Part shown: positions 26,050 to 39,767 of the stretch, piece by piece
Numbering within the stretch: the stretch's first letter is position 1
Layout of the letters: each line of letters begins with the position of its first letter
Origin: Raja brachyura
Taxonomy: Eukaryota
Reading direction: 5' to 3'
NCBI GenBank assembly: GCA_963514005.1
Contig: OY740794.1
Location: forward strand, 13,764,001-13,828,000
Length of the DNA stretch: 64,000 nucleotides
Made by a program: the position numbers and the translations under genes
The notes under the pieces: model-generated
Told to the model about the DNA's origin: nothing
Seen by the model: the letters and a program-made list of their open reading frames with translations, nothing else
The model's database searches: none

Positions 26050-26320
26050 ATAAGTCATAGGAGCAGACTCCTGACATATTCAGGAAAAGTCCCATTGGCC
26101 CATTGAGTCTATTCCGCGATTCAATCATGGCTGATCGATCTTTCTCTCTCAACTCCACTCTCCTGCCTTCTCCCCATTAACCTTGACACCCTGACTAATC
26201 AAGAATCTGTCAATTTCCGACTTAAAAACACCTAATGACTTGGCCTCCGCAGCAGTCTGTGGCAATGAATTCAACAGATTCACCACCCTCTGACTGAAGA
26301 AATTCCTCCTCATCTTTCTA
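26050..26320 (-). mobile_element. CR1 LINE 3' fragment
   Basis: RKMRRNFFSQRVVNLLNSLPQ on the minus strand plus 3' UTR. Confidence 0.85.
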
Positions 26321-29116
26321 AGGTGCGACCACTGTAAACCACCCCCTGGTTGTGTAGATATGTGGTAGAACCTGGCAGAGTGAGGGGAGGGTGGAAATAC
26401 GGGGAGAATGGGAATTGGACGACTGATACTGGGATTGCAAGCATCCACTTGCTTTAATCCATGGGGATGCTTTATGGCCTGCACAGACTTGGTGGTCTGG
26501 GGCTAGTTTCCATGCTTTATCTCTCCATTGTGGACCCAATAGTGGATTAATTGACACCAGGCAATCCCAATATCAGCCGTTCCATTCCTCACATTACGAG
26601 AGGGTCAACTGGTAAATGCCAACACATTGAAAAGACAGCTTCACTTTTATGATCAGGAAAGGTTAAGTTAATGAGGTCCCATTCATTATTGGAAGCTGAA
26701 TCGTAAACATTAAAAATAATCAGGAATTCAAAGCAATTCTAAAAATAATTTCCCTTTGCACTGCTGTGCATTTCGGCAACTCAGACATCTCAGTGTCTAT
26801 CAAACTCCCTAGAGTGCAGGCAATGCGTGGTTTGCCAGAGCCACATGTGGGGATAATATAGGAAAGCTAGCAAGCACTCAGCTCCGTGCAGTCTTTCAGT
26901 TTCACACTTCATTGTTTCAGCCCAGCTTCTCCCCTTTTACCTCCCTTCTCTAATTTCTAAATGTTCCAGGCATTACCACCTGACAAGCTTTTCATCACTT
27001 CAAATGCTGTGAGCACACCACAAACCACAAACCACTTTGTAGTATCAGGTCCATCTGATGCCAGCGTGCTTTGTGAAGTAATTTTCGGAGAACACAGTAA
27101 TTAGGCAGTACTCAGGGGCTGCATATTTGTTGCTTATTAAAACAAATTAAGTTCTATTTTGAATTTGTTTGGCCCATACATCCATGTGGTTTCTATTCAG
27201 TGGCTTCACCTTTTTTTTCAACAAGCTAATAATTACTTTTTTTTGTTTTATTATACTTAAGGATTTTTTTTCTCTTTAGCTAAGGCAGGATGCAGTAATA
27301 AGAGACAGTTGCTGAGAACAGGCCCAGCAGAGGGATATACTGAGTGTGCGTGTGTGGCCCTTTTAAATAAATGACTATGGATGAAGTTGAAGAGAGCAGG
27401 TAATACAACACAACTCTTGAACAATATAACTCCACTCTGTACAGCTGGATTGACAGACAATTTGTAAGATCATTACTTGCCAGTGAACAAATAAAAATCA
27501 ATTGAGATATCATTGGATAGCTTTACAGTGCAAACAAAAATGTGATTAACTCGGGTTTAATCTCTTGAAGGTGCAAAAACGGGATCAAATGTTCCAAAAG
27601 GTGCAATCATTTGTTGCCAGCATTCCTACTAAACTCAGAACCAAATAATTAATGGGCAATAAGATCTGAGAGTGAATGTTGCCCGAGCTGGTTTAATGCC
27701 CATTTCTTAGGCCTTAACCAGCACAGTGGATGGATGGATCACCCACGTTTTACTGCAGGGGCCACACTCATCGCAAACGACCTTGATTTCAATTCTGGTT
27801 TCTGTCAGGTTAGCTGATCTTAAGCGGGTAATAACAGGACCATTACATCTGGTTTCACTACTCCTTTGAAATTAAGGAAAGAAGAAAAGAAAATTCCTGA
27901 CTTGTATTGGGAGGCAGACGTGTGAATATCAGGTGAAGGTAGGATCGGATTATATTATTCTGGGCAATCAAAAAATTCGCAACAGATGCCCTTAAGTCTG
28001 AGTAGTTACTTAAATGGAAGTGGTACAGAATTGTACTGAAGTATGTGCCCATGGTTTTAGAGGATAAATGATGTGTATTGGGAAGTAAATTAATTTCCGA
28101 ATGGCAAACTGTTCAGTAAATGAAACTTGTGCGAGTTAAACAAAATTATACAATCCGACAAGCTGAACGATTGAAGACAAACTATTACATGACTGATATG
28201 GTTTACGAGCTGCCGGGCTGGTTTGTCCTGATCTCCATGTTGGGCCTTGATGTGACTCCACTAATCAGATTACAATTGGCTTCAAGCTATTATCCAAGTT
28301 CACACAGTCCTCTCAGCTAGTCAGAGCAGAACATAGCCAGAAATAGATGTGAAAAGGCTCCTTTTACCTCATGGGATGCTGTGCAGGGTCTGAGCATTCC
28401 AGTGTGCACACCAAGTGCAACAGGCAACCAACCATAATTCTGACTCATGTGGTTCTTGCAGTAACATGATCACAGAGCCTGTGCCCAGTAGGCAGTCAGT
28501 TAAGCTAATTATATTGCTGTAATAGCAAGAGATGGACAGATAAGAGAAGTGTAAGTTTGCACAGGTGCAATGACAATTCATAACTCACACTGAGGGGACA
28601 TATGACTGTTTGTTTTGCATAATCTCTTCGACAATGGCAGTACCAGGCACTGCTGGTGTGTTCCTCCAGTGCAAGAAAAACATCCTACACCTTTCGCAAG
28701 ACATATGGGAAAAAAATTGAGCTGAGGATGGAGATTAGAGGTGGGTGGGGGGAGAATGCTTGGTTATAGAGGGTACCTTTGATAAGAACATAAAGGAGAC
28801 AGATGGAAAACCAAATGGTTTGGAGAACTTCCAATGTAGGAACTCATAGACAGGGACAGGGCACCAGCAGTGAAAAGGATTGGGGGAGGGAGGAGATTTG
28901 TACAGGTGTCTGGGGGTTAATGGGGAGAAAGCAGGAGAATGGGGTTGAGAGGGAAAGATAGATCAGCCACAATTGAAGGGCAGAGTAGACTTTGTGGGTC
29001 AAATGGCCTAATTCCGCTCCAATAACTTAAGAACTTATGAGATGGGGTGCAAACACACATTTCTAGAGCCAGAGGAACAGTCAGAATTTGGAAGAAAGGT
29101 TCAATTGGATTGGGAA

Positions 29117-30959
29117 GACAAAAAAACTGGAGAAACTGGTAAGACAGCATCTATGGAGCGAAGGAATAGGCGACGTTTCGGGTCGAGACCCTTCTTTAAA
29201 CTGATGTTGGGGGGGGGGGGGGGGGATGAAAGAAAGGAAGAGGCGGAGACAGTGGGCTGTGGGAGAGCAGGGAAGAGGAAGGAGGGAGAAAGCAAGGACT
29301 ACCTGAAATTGGAGAAGTCAATGTTCATACCGCTGGGGTGTAAACTACCCAAGCAAAATATGAGGTGCGGTTGCTCCAATTTGCGGTGGGACTCACTCTG
29401 GGCATGGAGGAGGCCCAGGACAGAATGGTCGAATTTGGAATGGGAGGGGGAGTTGAAGTGTTGAGCCACCGGGAGATCAGGTTGGTTATTGCGAACTGAG
29501 CGGAGGTGTTGGGCGAAGGGATCGCCAAGCCTGCGCTTGGTCTCACCGATGTAGAGCAGTTGACACCTGGAACAGCGGATGCAATAGATGAGGTCGGAGG
29601 AGGTGCAGGTGAACCTCTGCCTCACCTGAAAAGACTGCTTGTGTCCTTGGATGGAGTCGAGGGGGGAGGTAAAGCGACAAGTGTAGCATTTTCTGCATTT
29701 GCAAGGGAAAGTACCAGAGGAGGGGGTGGTTTGGGTGGGAAGGGACGAATTGACCAGGGAGTTACGGAGGGAGGGATCTCTGCGGAAAGCAGAAAGGGGA
29801 GGAGATGGGAAGATGTGGCCAATGGTGGGATCCCGTTGGCAAAAATGTCGGAGGATTATATGTTGTATGCGATGGCTGGTAGGATGGAAGGTGAGGACAA
29901 GGGGGACTCTGTCCTTGTTACAAGTGAGGGGATGGGGAGTGAGACCGGTGCAGCAGGATATAGAGGAGACCCTGATGAGAGCCTCATCGATAGTAGAAGA
30001 GGGGAACCCCCGTTCCCCAATGAATGAAGACATCTCCGACGCATTGGTTTGGAACACCTCATCCTGGGTGCAGGTGCGGCGTAGACGGAGGAATTGGGAG
30101 TAGGGAATGGACTCCTTACAGGAAGCAGAGTAGGAAGAAGTGTAGTCCAGATAGCCATGGGAGTCAGTGGGTTTATAGTAGATGTCGGTCAGTAGTCTGT
30201 CACCTGCGATGGAGATGATGAGGTCTGGAAATGGTGTGGAGATGTCGGAAATGGTCCAGGTGAATTTGAGTGCCGGATGGAAGTTAGTGGTAAAATGGAT
30301 GAAGTCAGTGAGTTCTGCATGGGTGCAGGAGGTAGCACCAATGCAATCGTCAATGTAGTGGAGGTAGAGTTCGGGGATAGGGCCACGGTATGCCTCGAAC
30401 AAGGATTGTTCAATGTACCCTACAAAGAGGCAGGCATAGTTGGGGCCCATGCACGTGCCCATAGCTACGCCTTGGATTTGGAGGAAATTGGAGGAGTCAA
30501 AGGAAAAGTTGTAGAGGATAAGGACCAGCTCCGCTAGGCGGAGGAGAGTATTAGTAAATGGGGATTGGTTGGTTCTGCGGTCGAGGAAGAAGCGGAGGGC
30601 TTTAAGACCCTCCTGGTGGGGGATGAAGGTGTAGAGTGACTGGACATCCATAGCGAAGATGAGGGAGTGGGGGCCTGGAAAACGGAAGTCATGAAGGAGA
30701 CGAAGAGGGTGTGAGGTATCTTGGACATAGGTAGGGAGGGATTTGACCAGGGGGGATATGATGGACTCGAGGTATGTGGAAATAAGTTTGATGGGACAAG
30801 AGCAAGCAGAAACAATGGGTCTGCCAGGCCAGTCAGGTTTGTGGATTTTAGGGAGAAGATAAAATCAGGCCATGTGAGGCTGGGGGAGGATGAGGTTGGA
30901 AGCTTGGGAGGGCAGGGAGCCGGAAGCGATGAAGCCAGTGATGGTGCTTCATCGCTTCC
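29117..30959 (-). mobile_element. Penelope-like retroelement (probably Neptune clade), 5'-truncated
   Basis: Frame open 30864 to 29299 with RT motifs (LPKIHK, RPIVS, MDVQSLYT, GVAMG, YIDD), a Cys-rich linker (CKCRKCYTC) and a GIY-YIG endonuclease (IYCIRCSRCQLLYIGETKR). 3' terminus has a degenerate hammerhead motif near 29170-29203. TSD GGATTGGGAA at 29107-29116 and 30960-30969. Confidence 0.9.
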
Positions 30960-32670
30960 GGATTGGGAACATCGGATTTGGTAGGGAAGGATATGGGATG
31001 ACTTATACCGAAGGAAAAAGCACTGCTAGTGGCAGGTCAGCAAAGAATAGTATGTGGGAGGCTTGGCTTGGTCTGGGTTAGGATGCAGCACTTTTTCAAA
31101 ATGATGCTAATGGCTGGCGAAAGATGGAATGCCAGCCCTGATGTCTTGGATCATTCAGCGCACGACCAATTCTGGATAAGTTGTTGGGTTGGATGAGAAG
31201 GCGGTGGATGGTTTATGACCCAACATTTTAGATCTGCATTACTGAGGTCACGTTGGGATGAAAGGTGTAGTGCATAATAAACAAAAGCACATGTGGTTGA
31301 AATAGGCATGTTCAGCCCAAGATAATGGTTCAGCATTAGGATGGAATCGATGGTTAGGGAATTCTGTCAATGCCGCTTAGACAGTATCCAAGTATAGTTA
31401 TAGCAGCAAGTGGCAGAGCTCTTAAAACCTACTCTGCCGTTGGACAAAGGAAAGACACAAAATGCTGGAGTAACTCAGTGGGTCAGGCAGCATCTCTGGA
31501 GAAAAGGGATAGGTGACGTTTCGGGTCGAGGCCCTTCTTCGGACTGAGAGTCAGGGGGAAGGAAAACTGGAGGTGTGAAAAGGCACAGAACCTATCAGAG
31601 CCGCAACCGATGACCAGGGGAAGGTGTAGGCCATTCACCAAGATGCCAGCTGATCTTCTTTCTCAGCACCTTTTCCCAAACCCATGATCTCTCCATTGAT
31701 TCTAAAGATGTGTCTATCACAGCATTGAATATATTTCACCGAAGAGTATACACAGCCTACTTGAGGTTGGTGGGTTGGAAATTTTCAAAAATGCTCATTT
31801 GTAATAATATTCCACCTGACCTCAGTCCTGTATATTTGGCATCTTGTCCTGAGATTGCATCACCTACTCTGGACCCTCTGGACAAAGAAACAAAACTCTC
31901 AACACCCCCCCCCCCCCCCCGTCAAGTTTTTCCAGAAAGTTACATTTCAGTGAGATACCCCTCATTCTTTTCAACACGAGAAAATTTAGGCCCATCCTAC
32001 CTAATGTTTACCTCGAGGATAGTCATCTTATCCCTGCAATCTATTCAATAAACCTCAAATGCACAGCATCAATGGCAAATATATTATTCTGCAGATACAG
32101 AGACCAGAACAACACATATTATTCCAGGCATGGTCTTCCTAAGATCATCCACAGTTGTAATAACACATTAGTATGTATAAGCTTCTGGCTTGCCAATATC
32201 TAAAGTGAGGACCTCACCAGTTTACCCCAGAAGTTTAAGCAGAGAACAGGGCTATAAAGCTATGTGAGTAAAATACAGAGAGCATCTATAATCTTTTCAT
32301 GACAAGTTTCTGAGATCCTTATGCACAAAGAAATACATCTAAGCTTTTGTTTTAACCTAGGAACACGAGCACCATCAAAACACCTCCACTGCTGGTTAAG
32401 GGTGCAGTCAAACCCAGCTTCCAATGATGGAAGAGTCACTCGGTCATTTTGTGTCTATTTCCACCGATGGAAGCACTATCAAGCCCATTTGCAGATGACA
32501 CCGCATTGATGGCCCATTGAGCTGCTGGCCTGCCAGAGTATCAGCAACAACAATTCAAGGCAATGGATGAAGTGACCACGCACAAGTCCTCATGCACGCT
32601 CCTATTCTTACATTCTGCGGTGAAGTCACTGCGAACCTAGCTAAAGATGAAAACCAACGGGGAGACTCAC

Positions 32671-32824
32671 AGATGAATGGCTTGACGCTGCTGTGGATGT
32701 GCTTGTGCTGCTTGAGACCCGAGGAAGTGGCAAATGTCTTTCCACATTCCGGGCAGGCGTGGGCCCGAGCACCGACATGCTGTGAGCGAATGTGTCTCTG
32801 CAGATTGCTGGGGTCTGTAAAAAC
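32671..32824 (-). CDS. MECOM: MECOM coding exon (zinc fingers 4-5)
   Basis: ttcccagcag|GTT TTT ACA GAC ... TTC ATC T|gtgagt. [51 protein letters not shown]. 154 nt, phase 0 to 1. Confidence 0.97.
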
Positions 32825-33774
32825 CTGCTGGGAAATAGTAAAGAAATCTGATGCAGGGAGATGAAATATGGATATCAAGGTACAATCTTTCAACCAAATG
32901 CATAGGCCAGTTTCTATAAAGAGTACTTTATGCTACCTTTAACTTGACTTAAGCTTCAACCTGTATCTAGTTTTCCTGTCTATTGTTTGACATCTACGAT
33001 GGCTCCAAGAATGTTTTTCGCTGAAGCGCATATCATCTAATCTCAGGTTTTATCTAAGTAATCAATAAAGGAATCCAACTCCCTTCAATGCTCTCCAACC
33101 ATACATTTTCAGGTAAATCTATCACATAAGGCTAACTTTGAAAATACCTCGATTTTATACACTGTAATTCCCAGTCCATCTTTGCCAGTACCACACTTAA
33201 GGACGTTAAGCTACAAGCTATGTGTCTGTGATTTTGTCCCGTTGGTCACTGTCTCTTTCTGGGAGAACATAATGTTTAATCTTACAATGTCTTCTTTGAT
33301 CCAAAGCCCCCTGCAACTAATGAAGTTGGCAGGGTCCGGGAATCTCATACTTTGAGTCCCAATTTGCCCATGTTCAGTCCCTCCTCCTCAACAGCAGAAG
33401 TGTAAGGACCAAGTGGCCCAAACAGTGTCTAGCTCAGCTCATGGAAAAAAAATCCTGGTATTTAAAAGAAATAGTGTGTATTTCAAAAGAAAACCAACCA
33501 ATATAGGTAGCTGCATTATACACACTTGGACTGTCATTGTGGAATTGGTGATGGTTTAGTATAGTTTATTGTCGCGTGTACTAAGGTACAATGAAAAACT
33601 TTTGTTGCGTGCTAACCAGTCAAAGGAAAGACAATACATGATTACTGTTGAGTCATCCACAGTGTACAGATACATGATAAAGGGAATAATGTTTAGTGCA
33701 AGGTAAAGTCCGATTAAAGATCGTCTAAGGATCTCCAATGTGGTAGATGATAGTTCATGACTGCTCTTTAAAGT

Positions 33775-34066
33775 GGTGGCAAAGAGGTAGAGTTGCTGCC
33801 CTACAGCGCTTGCAGCGGCAAAGACCCTGGTTCGATCCCAACTACGGGGGCTATCTGTATGGAGTCTGTACGTTCTCCCTGTGACCGCATGGGTTTTCTC
33901 TGAGATCTTCGGGCCCCTCCCGCACTCCAAAGAAGTACAGGTTTGTTGATTAATGGGCTGGTATAAGTGTAAATCATCCCAAGTGCATGTAGGATAGTGT
34001 CAATGATCGCTGATCGGTGGGCCAAAGGGCCTGTTTCTGCACTGTATCTCCAAACTAAACTAAACT
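33775..34066 (+). mobile_element. V-SINE (HE1-like)
   Basis: Head, central domain and (CTAAA)n tail. Confidence 0.85.
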
Positions 34067-34522
34067 GATTGTTGGCAGGCAGTAGCCAGGCAATCTCTCA
34101 TTCTGTGGACCTCAAAGAAAATAAAAACCTGAAGAAAGATGTAATGTGCTGAGTTGATGTGCTTGTGATGCTGCTAAAGCAGGACTTTTCATTGTAGCTG
34201 GACCTCACTAGAATTGTCCGCATGACAATAAACTCGACTTGACTTGAATCCCTGATTTACACTCACTAAAGGTCAACTACTCTTTGGTTGGCTTGGTATT
34301 GAACGCTGTCTTTTAGCAAAAAACAAACTAATCTTCATTTTAGAATCTAGACAAAGTGTGCTGAATTCAGGGAAGAAAATATTTTATACTTCCATCATTT
34401 TACAAAAGAATTTTAACATTATAAATGGATTCTGAAAAGTCATACTTTTAATAATGTTAGAGTCCTCCTTGCCTTGCCTGGTTACAATTGAAAATAAAAG
34501 GAATTGGAACTCTTCACCATAC

Positions 34523-34670
34523 CTTGGAGCAGTTTTCACATTCATAGTGCTTGCCACTGTCGTGGGACATCTGGTGACGAATAAGGTTCGACTTCCAGTT
34601 GAAGGCTTTGGGGCATTGGTCACACTTGTATTCTCTCTCCTCTGTGTGTGTCAGCAGGTGTCTATCCAGG
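34523..34670 (-). CDS. MECOM: MECOM coding exon (zinc fingers 2-4)
   Basis: cccagcag|C CTG GAT AGA CAC ... TGC TCC AAG|gtatgg. [50 protein letters not shown]. 148 nt, phase 2 to 0. Confidence 0.96.
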
Positions 34671-36371
34671 CTGCTGGGTCAGTAAGAGAGTGCGCATTAT
34701 TCCCATTCTCTCCCATCACGACAGTCTCAGCCTTGCTTGGACACACGAAGCCTCATAAGGGACCCTACAAGACTTTGAGCTCATCATCATCCCCAGACTA
34801 AAGTGAGTGTGGTATCCCCGACAAAATGGCTGAGGCTCTATTGCTCTCTGAGTAATGTTTTCTTTTGCCCATTCTTCAACATTGTTGGTTCATATTAAGC
34901 CTTTCGCCCAAATCACCCTGGCTGCAAAACCATCCATTCCTAATGTACAAGGTTATGAGTGTAGGAAGGTATGATACTGTGGAGAGATTGATTGCCAAGC
35001 TGATCATATCCAACTTGATAATAGAACCAAAAACATCTTGGCGGCAGTTACTAATGAAAGTTCAGGGAAGATCCTGGCTAATCCAAAGTAAAGCCACTTG
35101 AAGCATGTCACTGAAGCAGCTTAGTACTTTTTATTTCTGATCTATATACTTATTTTGATAGAGCAACAGCAATCCACATCTTGGTGAATTAAGCACAAGA
35201 GTGACTCACGTCAGAGTGAAGGCAAAAGCCCCACCGGAAATTAATAAAATCTACTTTCTATTGTCTAAGACTAAAGAAAGAACATTCTACAATTGAATTG
35301 TGAAGCATCTGGCTTTTGGAAGCACCTTTGTTTCCAACAAACGCTACTAAACAGAAAATAAAGAAATGCAATTCACACAAAGGGTAGTGGTGTGTATGGA
35401 TCGAGCTGCCGGAGGAGGTAGTTAGGGCAGGGACCATCACAAAGTTTAAGAAGCAATTGGACAGGTACTGTACATGGATGGGACGGGTTTCAAGGGATGT
35501 GAGCCAAATGCAGGCAGATAGGACTAGTGTAGAAGGGGCATGTTGGTCAGAGGGGCAAGTTGGGCCGAAGGGCCAATTCCCAAACTGCATGACTCATTCT
35601 CACAATGTTAACTCTCCTAAAAATACTAGGAGGAGGTAGAATTGACCCCCTGACCAGGCCCCACCTGCCTCCAATCTCTCAGCAGGGACTGATCCTGCTC
35701 ATGCTCACACTTATTGACTGACAAGTTAAAACGTGAAACAACTAACTTCACATTCCTCCAGCTCAAGGTTTGCAAGCAGAATGGAAAACGGATTGTTTTG
35801 GCTCAGGGGCAGCAGTGAAAAGGCTCTAAAGGTAAATAGGGAAAGGCCAGGTCTGGATTTAATGTGGAGCAGTCAGCAACACTAAACTTGTTGTCAGAAT
35901 TAGTGGCAACATTGCAGAGCAGAAAACTTGCTCCAGACATTTTACCAGCAATCGATGATGTGGTTGACAAAAATCATACTTCAAAGTCATAAAATGATTA
36001 ATATTAATAATACCACAAATATTAATTAATAAAACACCAATTTCACTGGTGATGTTTAAAGTTGACAATTTATCTATTTTCATCGGACTATTGCCCTTTC
36101 ATCTTGTTTGTTTGACACATATGCCATCGGCATATGGGATTATCCCAAAGTACAGCATTTGTTTTAAGGATAAAAATTCCAGCGCTCTTTTCTTTCCTGC
36201 ACATTTTACTCGTAACACCTGCAACAAGATAGGTCTTTGCGGCTTTTCTTTTGTCAAACATTGTGGAGAGACAATCAGATTTGTTCAGGTCACCTGGGGG
36301 ACAGAGCTTAGTTACAGGACTGCGTTGAGGCAAGCAAAATTTTCCCATTGGCATCAGGAAATGCAGCACAT

Positions 36372-36606
36372 CGATCCAGGCTACGGAGTTTGTACGTTCT
36401 CCCCGTGACCTGCGTAGATTTTCTCTGAGATCTTCGTTTTCCTCCCACATTCCAACGACATACAGGATTGTAGGGAACTGGTGTGGGTATAAATGTAAAT
36501 TGTCCCTGGCGTGTGTAGGATAGTGTTAGTGTGTGAGAATCGCTGACCGCCGTGGACTTGAGCCAAAGAGCCTGTTTCCGTGCTGTGTCTCTGAACTAAA
36601 CTAAAC
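36372..36606 (+). mobile_element. V-SINE, 5'-truncated, ending about 30 nt from an exon donor
   Basis: Central domain and (CTAAA)n tail. Confidence 0.82.
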
Positions 36607-36634
36607 AGAACTTGCATTGAACTGCTACACTCAC

Positions 36635-36833
36635 CTCTGAGCATCCGGGTAGACTCCTTCACACTCCTTACACTCGTGAAGTTCATCTTCCCCATTCAGT
36701 TTTGGTTTGAAGTCTTCATCTACCATGGAGAATGCGGTGGGGGAACCGCTGCAGGTAAACTTCTGGTGGTCCAGCAGCTCTGCTTTGCACTCAAAGAGCT
36801 TATTGCACTCATCACAGCGATATTCGTGCTCCT
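36635..36833 (-). CDS. MECOM: MECOM coding exon (zinc finger 1 and start of zinc finger 2)
   Basis: gctacag|AG GAG CAC GAA TAT CGC TGT ... GCT CAG AG|gtgagt. [28 protein letters not shown]...[14 protein letters not shown]. 199 nt, phase 1 to 2. Confidence 0.95.
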
Positions 36834-37881
36834 CTGTAGCAATGAAACAGCCCTTCATAATCTTGTAACCAGATTCAACTGAACTTTAAGACTTAATAAT
36901 GCCAATTAATTATTATCAGTGCTAAATGTGTTAAAGTCCACTTTGCTGTCAGGAGAGCCAATTAATGACACCACATGACACCGATTTTATATGGTATTAG
37001 TCAATAATCAGTTACAGATGGCCTTTGAATAATAATGGATATCAGAATGCACAGTTCATGGTTTACCCAACCATCCCAGGTTTCCCAAGTTCAGTTCATT
37101 GTCAAAAGAAACCATTTGTCTTTTCACTTTCACACATCAAAGTTGTGAGCAGTAAACGATGAATGCTTTCAATTTCATAGATTCTTTATCGTGATTCTAA
37201 TGTTGAGCCCAGTATTAAATAAAGAAACAATTTTGGGATGGATTGATCTATAATCAAGGCAGTCCTTTAACATGCTTCAGTTAGTGCCTATATATAGTTT
37301 GAATGCACTTTTGTCAAAATGGCCAACAACACAAAAAACAGCCACAAGGTAGACCTGTTCAGTGTGGGAACATGCTCTATGGGACCCGTATTCATGTGCT
37401 TGTACCACAGGCAGCGGAAACACATCAAAGTGCCCCACTGGGCTGCTGAATGCATTAGCACACCCAAGAGAACCAGTGAAGGCTTACTGTGTCTCATCTA
37501 TACCCTTCAATGCTCTTCAACCATAAATGTTCAGGTAAATCTATCAAATATGGATTATCTTGGCAATGCCTTCATCTTCTCCCCAGATGTTAATCTCAAG
37601 TTAGCATTGGTACATTCAATAACCCAACTCAAGCCATTTCTTTAACATCTGCAAGCTCCTTCCTTAAATCTTGGAAGCTACGGAAGCACTGGATGGATTT
37701 GCCAGCCCAGCACCGCACTGTAAAGTAGAATTCTCCGCTGGAAATGACAGGCTTTCTTGACAATTTTAATTCCTTTTTCTTTGTCCCTCGCATTCCCATT
37801 GACAAGAGGACCAAAATTAAAAGAAGAAAAGGCCTTACAGCCCCTTGAACCTGCTCCATCATTCAGTAAGATGGCACGACG

Positions 37882-38158
37882 ACACAGTGGCGCAGCAGTA
37901 GAGTTGCTGCCTTACAGCGCCAGAGACCCGGGTTCCATCCTGACCACAGGGGCTTGTCCGTACGGAGTTTGCACGTTCTCCCCGCGACCTGTGTGGGTTT
38001 TCTCCAAGATCTCCCACACTCCAAAGATGTACAGGTTTGTAGGTGAATTGGCGTTGTATCATTGTAAAATGTCTCTAGTGTGTGTAGGATAGTGTTCGTG
38101 TGCGGAGCTTGCTGGTCGGCGTGGACTCGTGGGCCAGTTTCCGTGCTGTATCTCTAAA
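37882..38158 (+). mobile_element. V-SINE (HE1-like)
   Basis: Same tripartite structure, inserted in an old CR1 3' remnant. Confidence 0.85.
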
Positions 38159-39767
38159 TTGAAAGACCCTGGCTGATCATTCACCTTATCCATTTTTCCA
38201 CCTTTGAAACCACATTTCCTTCAATTCTGTTAGTGTTCATCAACTTCAATGTGGCATGTGCTCAATCACAGAACATCCTCAGCATTGGTGGTAGAGAATT
38301 CCTAGGACTTACCACCTTGCATAAAGAAAATTGTCCTTAACTCATTACTAAATGGTCAACTCCTCAATCTGAAATGTGCTTTATTTATATATGCCAGGTT
38401 TAGGCATCTCTTTAGGGAAGAGAGCCAATTATTCTGAGCAATGTCCCAGCAAACTGTGCCACCCATCCATTGCCTTTGTGTGATAAATCACCCACATTTT
38501 CTTTGTCAAGACATGATTTTAAACAGATTTGGGGGTGAGGTACTGTAAGTAGTTACAAATATGTGCATTTTATTACAGGGATTTTTTTTTTTGTCCTTTC
38601 ATGGTCAACCTGCTTTTTCTTTCAAAGTGAAGTTCCAAAGACATTTTCTTACACAATAAGAAATTAATTTGACCCACTTCAAGAAACAAGCACATCTAAT
38701 AAGAAAACGTAGACTTCATCAGGTAACAATGGGAAGGAAGTCAATTTATTACACACAGCTACTTACAAAACAGCCATTCACTGCCAGGATCAATGGCTCA
38801 TGGCCCTTAATATCTCCAAGAATGTTTCTTATGAAGAAGAGAATAGACCAACTGAGTGCATTGTTGTCAGCAATGTATTCAAACTGCCAAATGCTTGATA
38901 ATTAATCTTCTGTTCACATCCATGGTGTACAGGGTATTTAAAATGCAACTTCAGGCTCAAGAGTAATATTTTAATCCAACCGCATGCAACATCAAAAGGG
39001 ACAAGCATTCCTGGCTACTGGGAGAACAAAGAAGGAAAGTGGCTACAACTGGCAGCAACACCACAATTTTTCCACACAACCAGGATCACACTACTGAGGA
39101 CAACATGTTCTGCCATAGCTGTGTCAAGACCTCACACCCCTGCATCAATATGGATGAGTAAGTCTCAACTCCAAGACACAGCCTCCCCTCCCTTTCACCA
39201 ATTCAAACACCTCCATATCACTAGATCTTCTCTGTATCACATTGCAGCTGCATTAAACAGTATGATTCTGCTCACAAGGTATATATTACTAGTACTGATA
39301 CAAAGCGTACAGAATACGAAGTTAATGCTGGAAAAGTACCCAAAACTCATTAAAACATTAGACATCAACAAAGCAGCGTTTAACTTCAGTGTAGTTCAAC
39401 CTTCGCTGAACAAGAATTGAAGATAAAGCATTGTTAAATGCTTTATTTGAACTTGTAGATGTAGAAATCAGAGCCATATGGGAGCCATTTTCTCCAAATT
39501 CATGGTGGCCACAATGTTCCTGCAATCAGGGAAACTTGTCACCTTTACCTTGGTCTAAGGTCATGAAATTAGCATGTTTTGTAAACTACTTCCACATTTT
39601 TTTAACAGTAATATGAGAACTCTTCTCAATGGCCAACATCTCAAACCAAGACGGGGGGGGGGGGGGGGGGGGATAACATGAACAAGTTAGGAGACAGACT
39701 TCAGCCCCACAGGGTATAGCTGCACTGGCAGTGGAGTGAGGTGTACAATAATGCCACAGTTACTCAC

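Noticed and set aside
39653-39672. Poly-G/poly-C runs (also 29209, 31905, 50704, 52958)
   Set aside because: Homopolymers of uncertain length, mostly inside repeats. No specific evidence of function.
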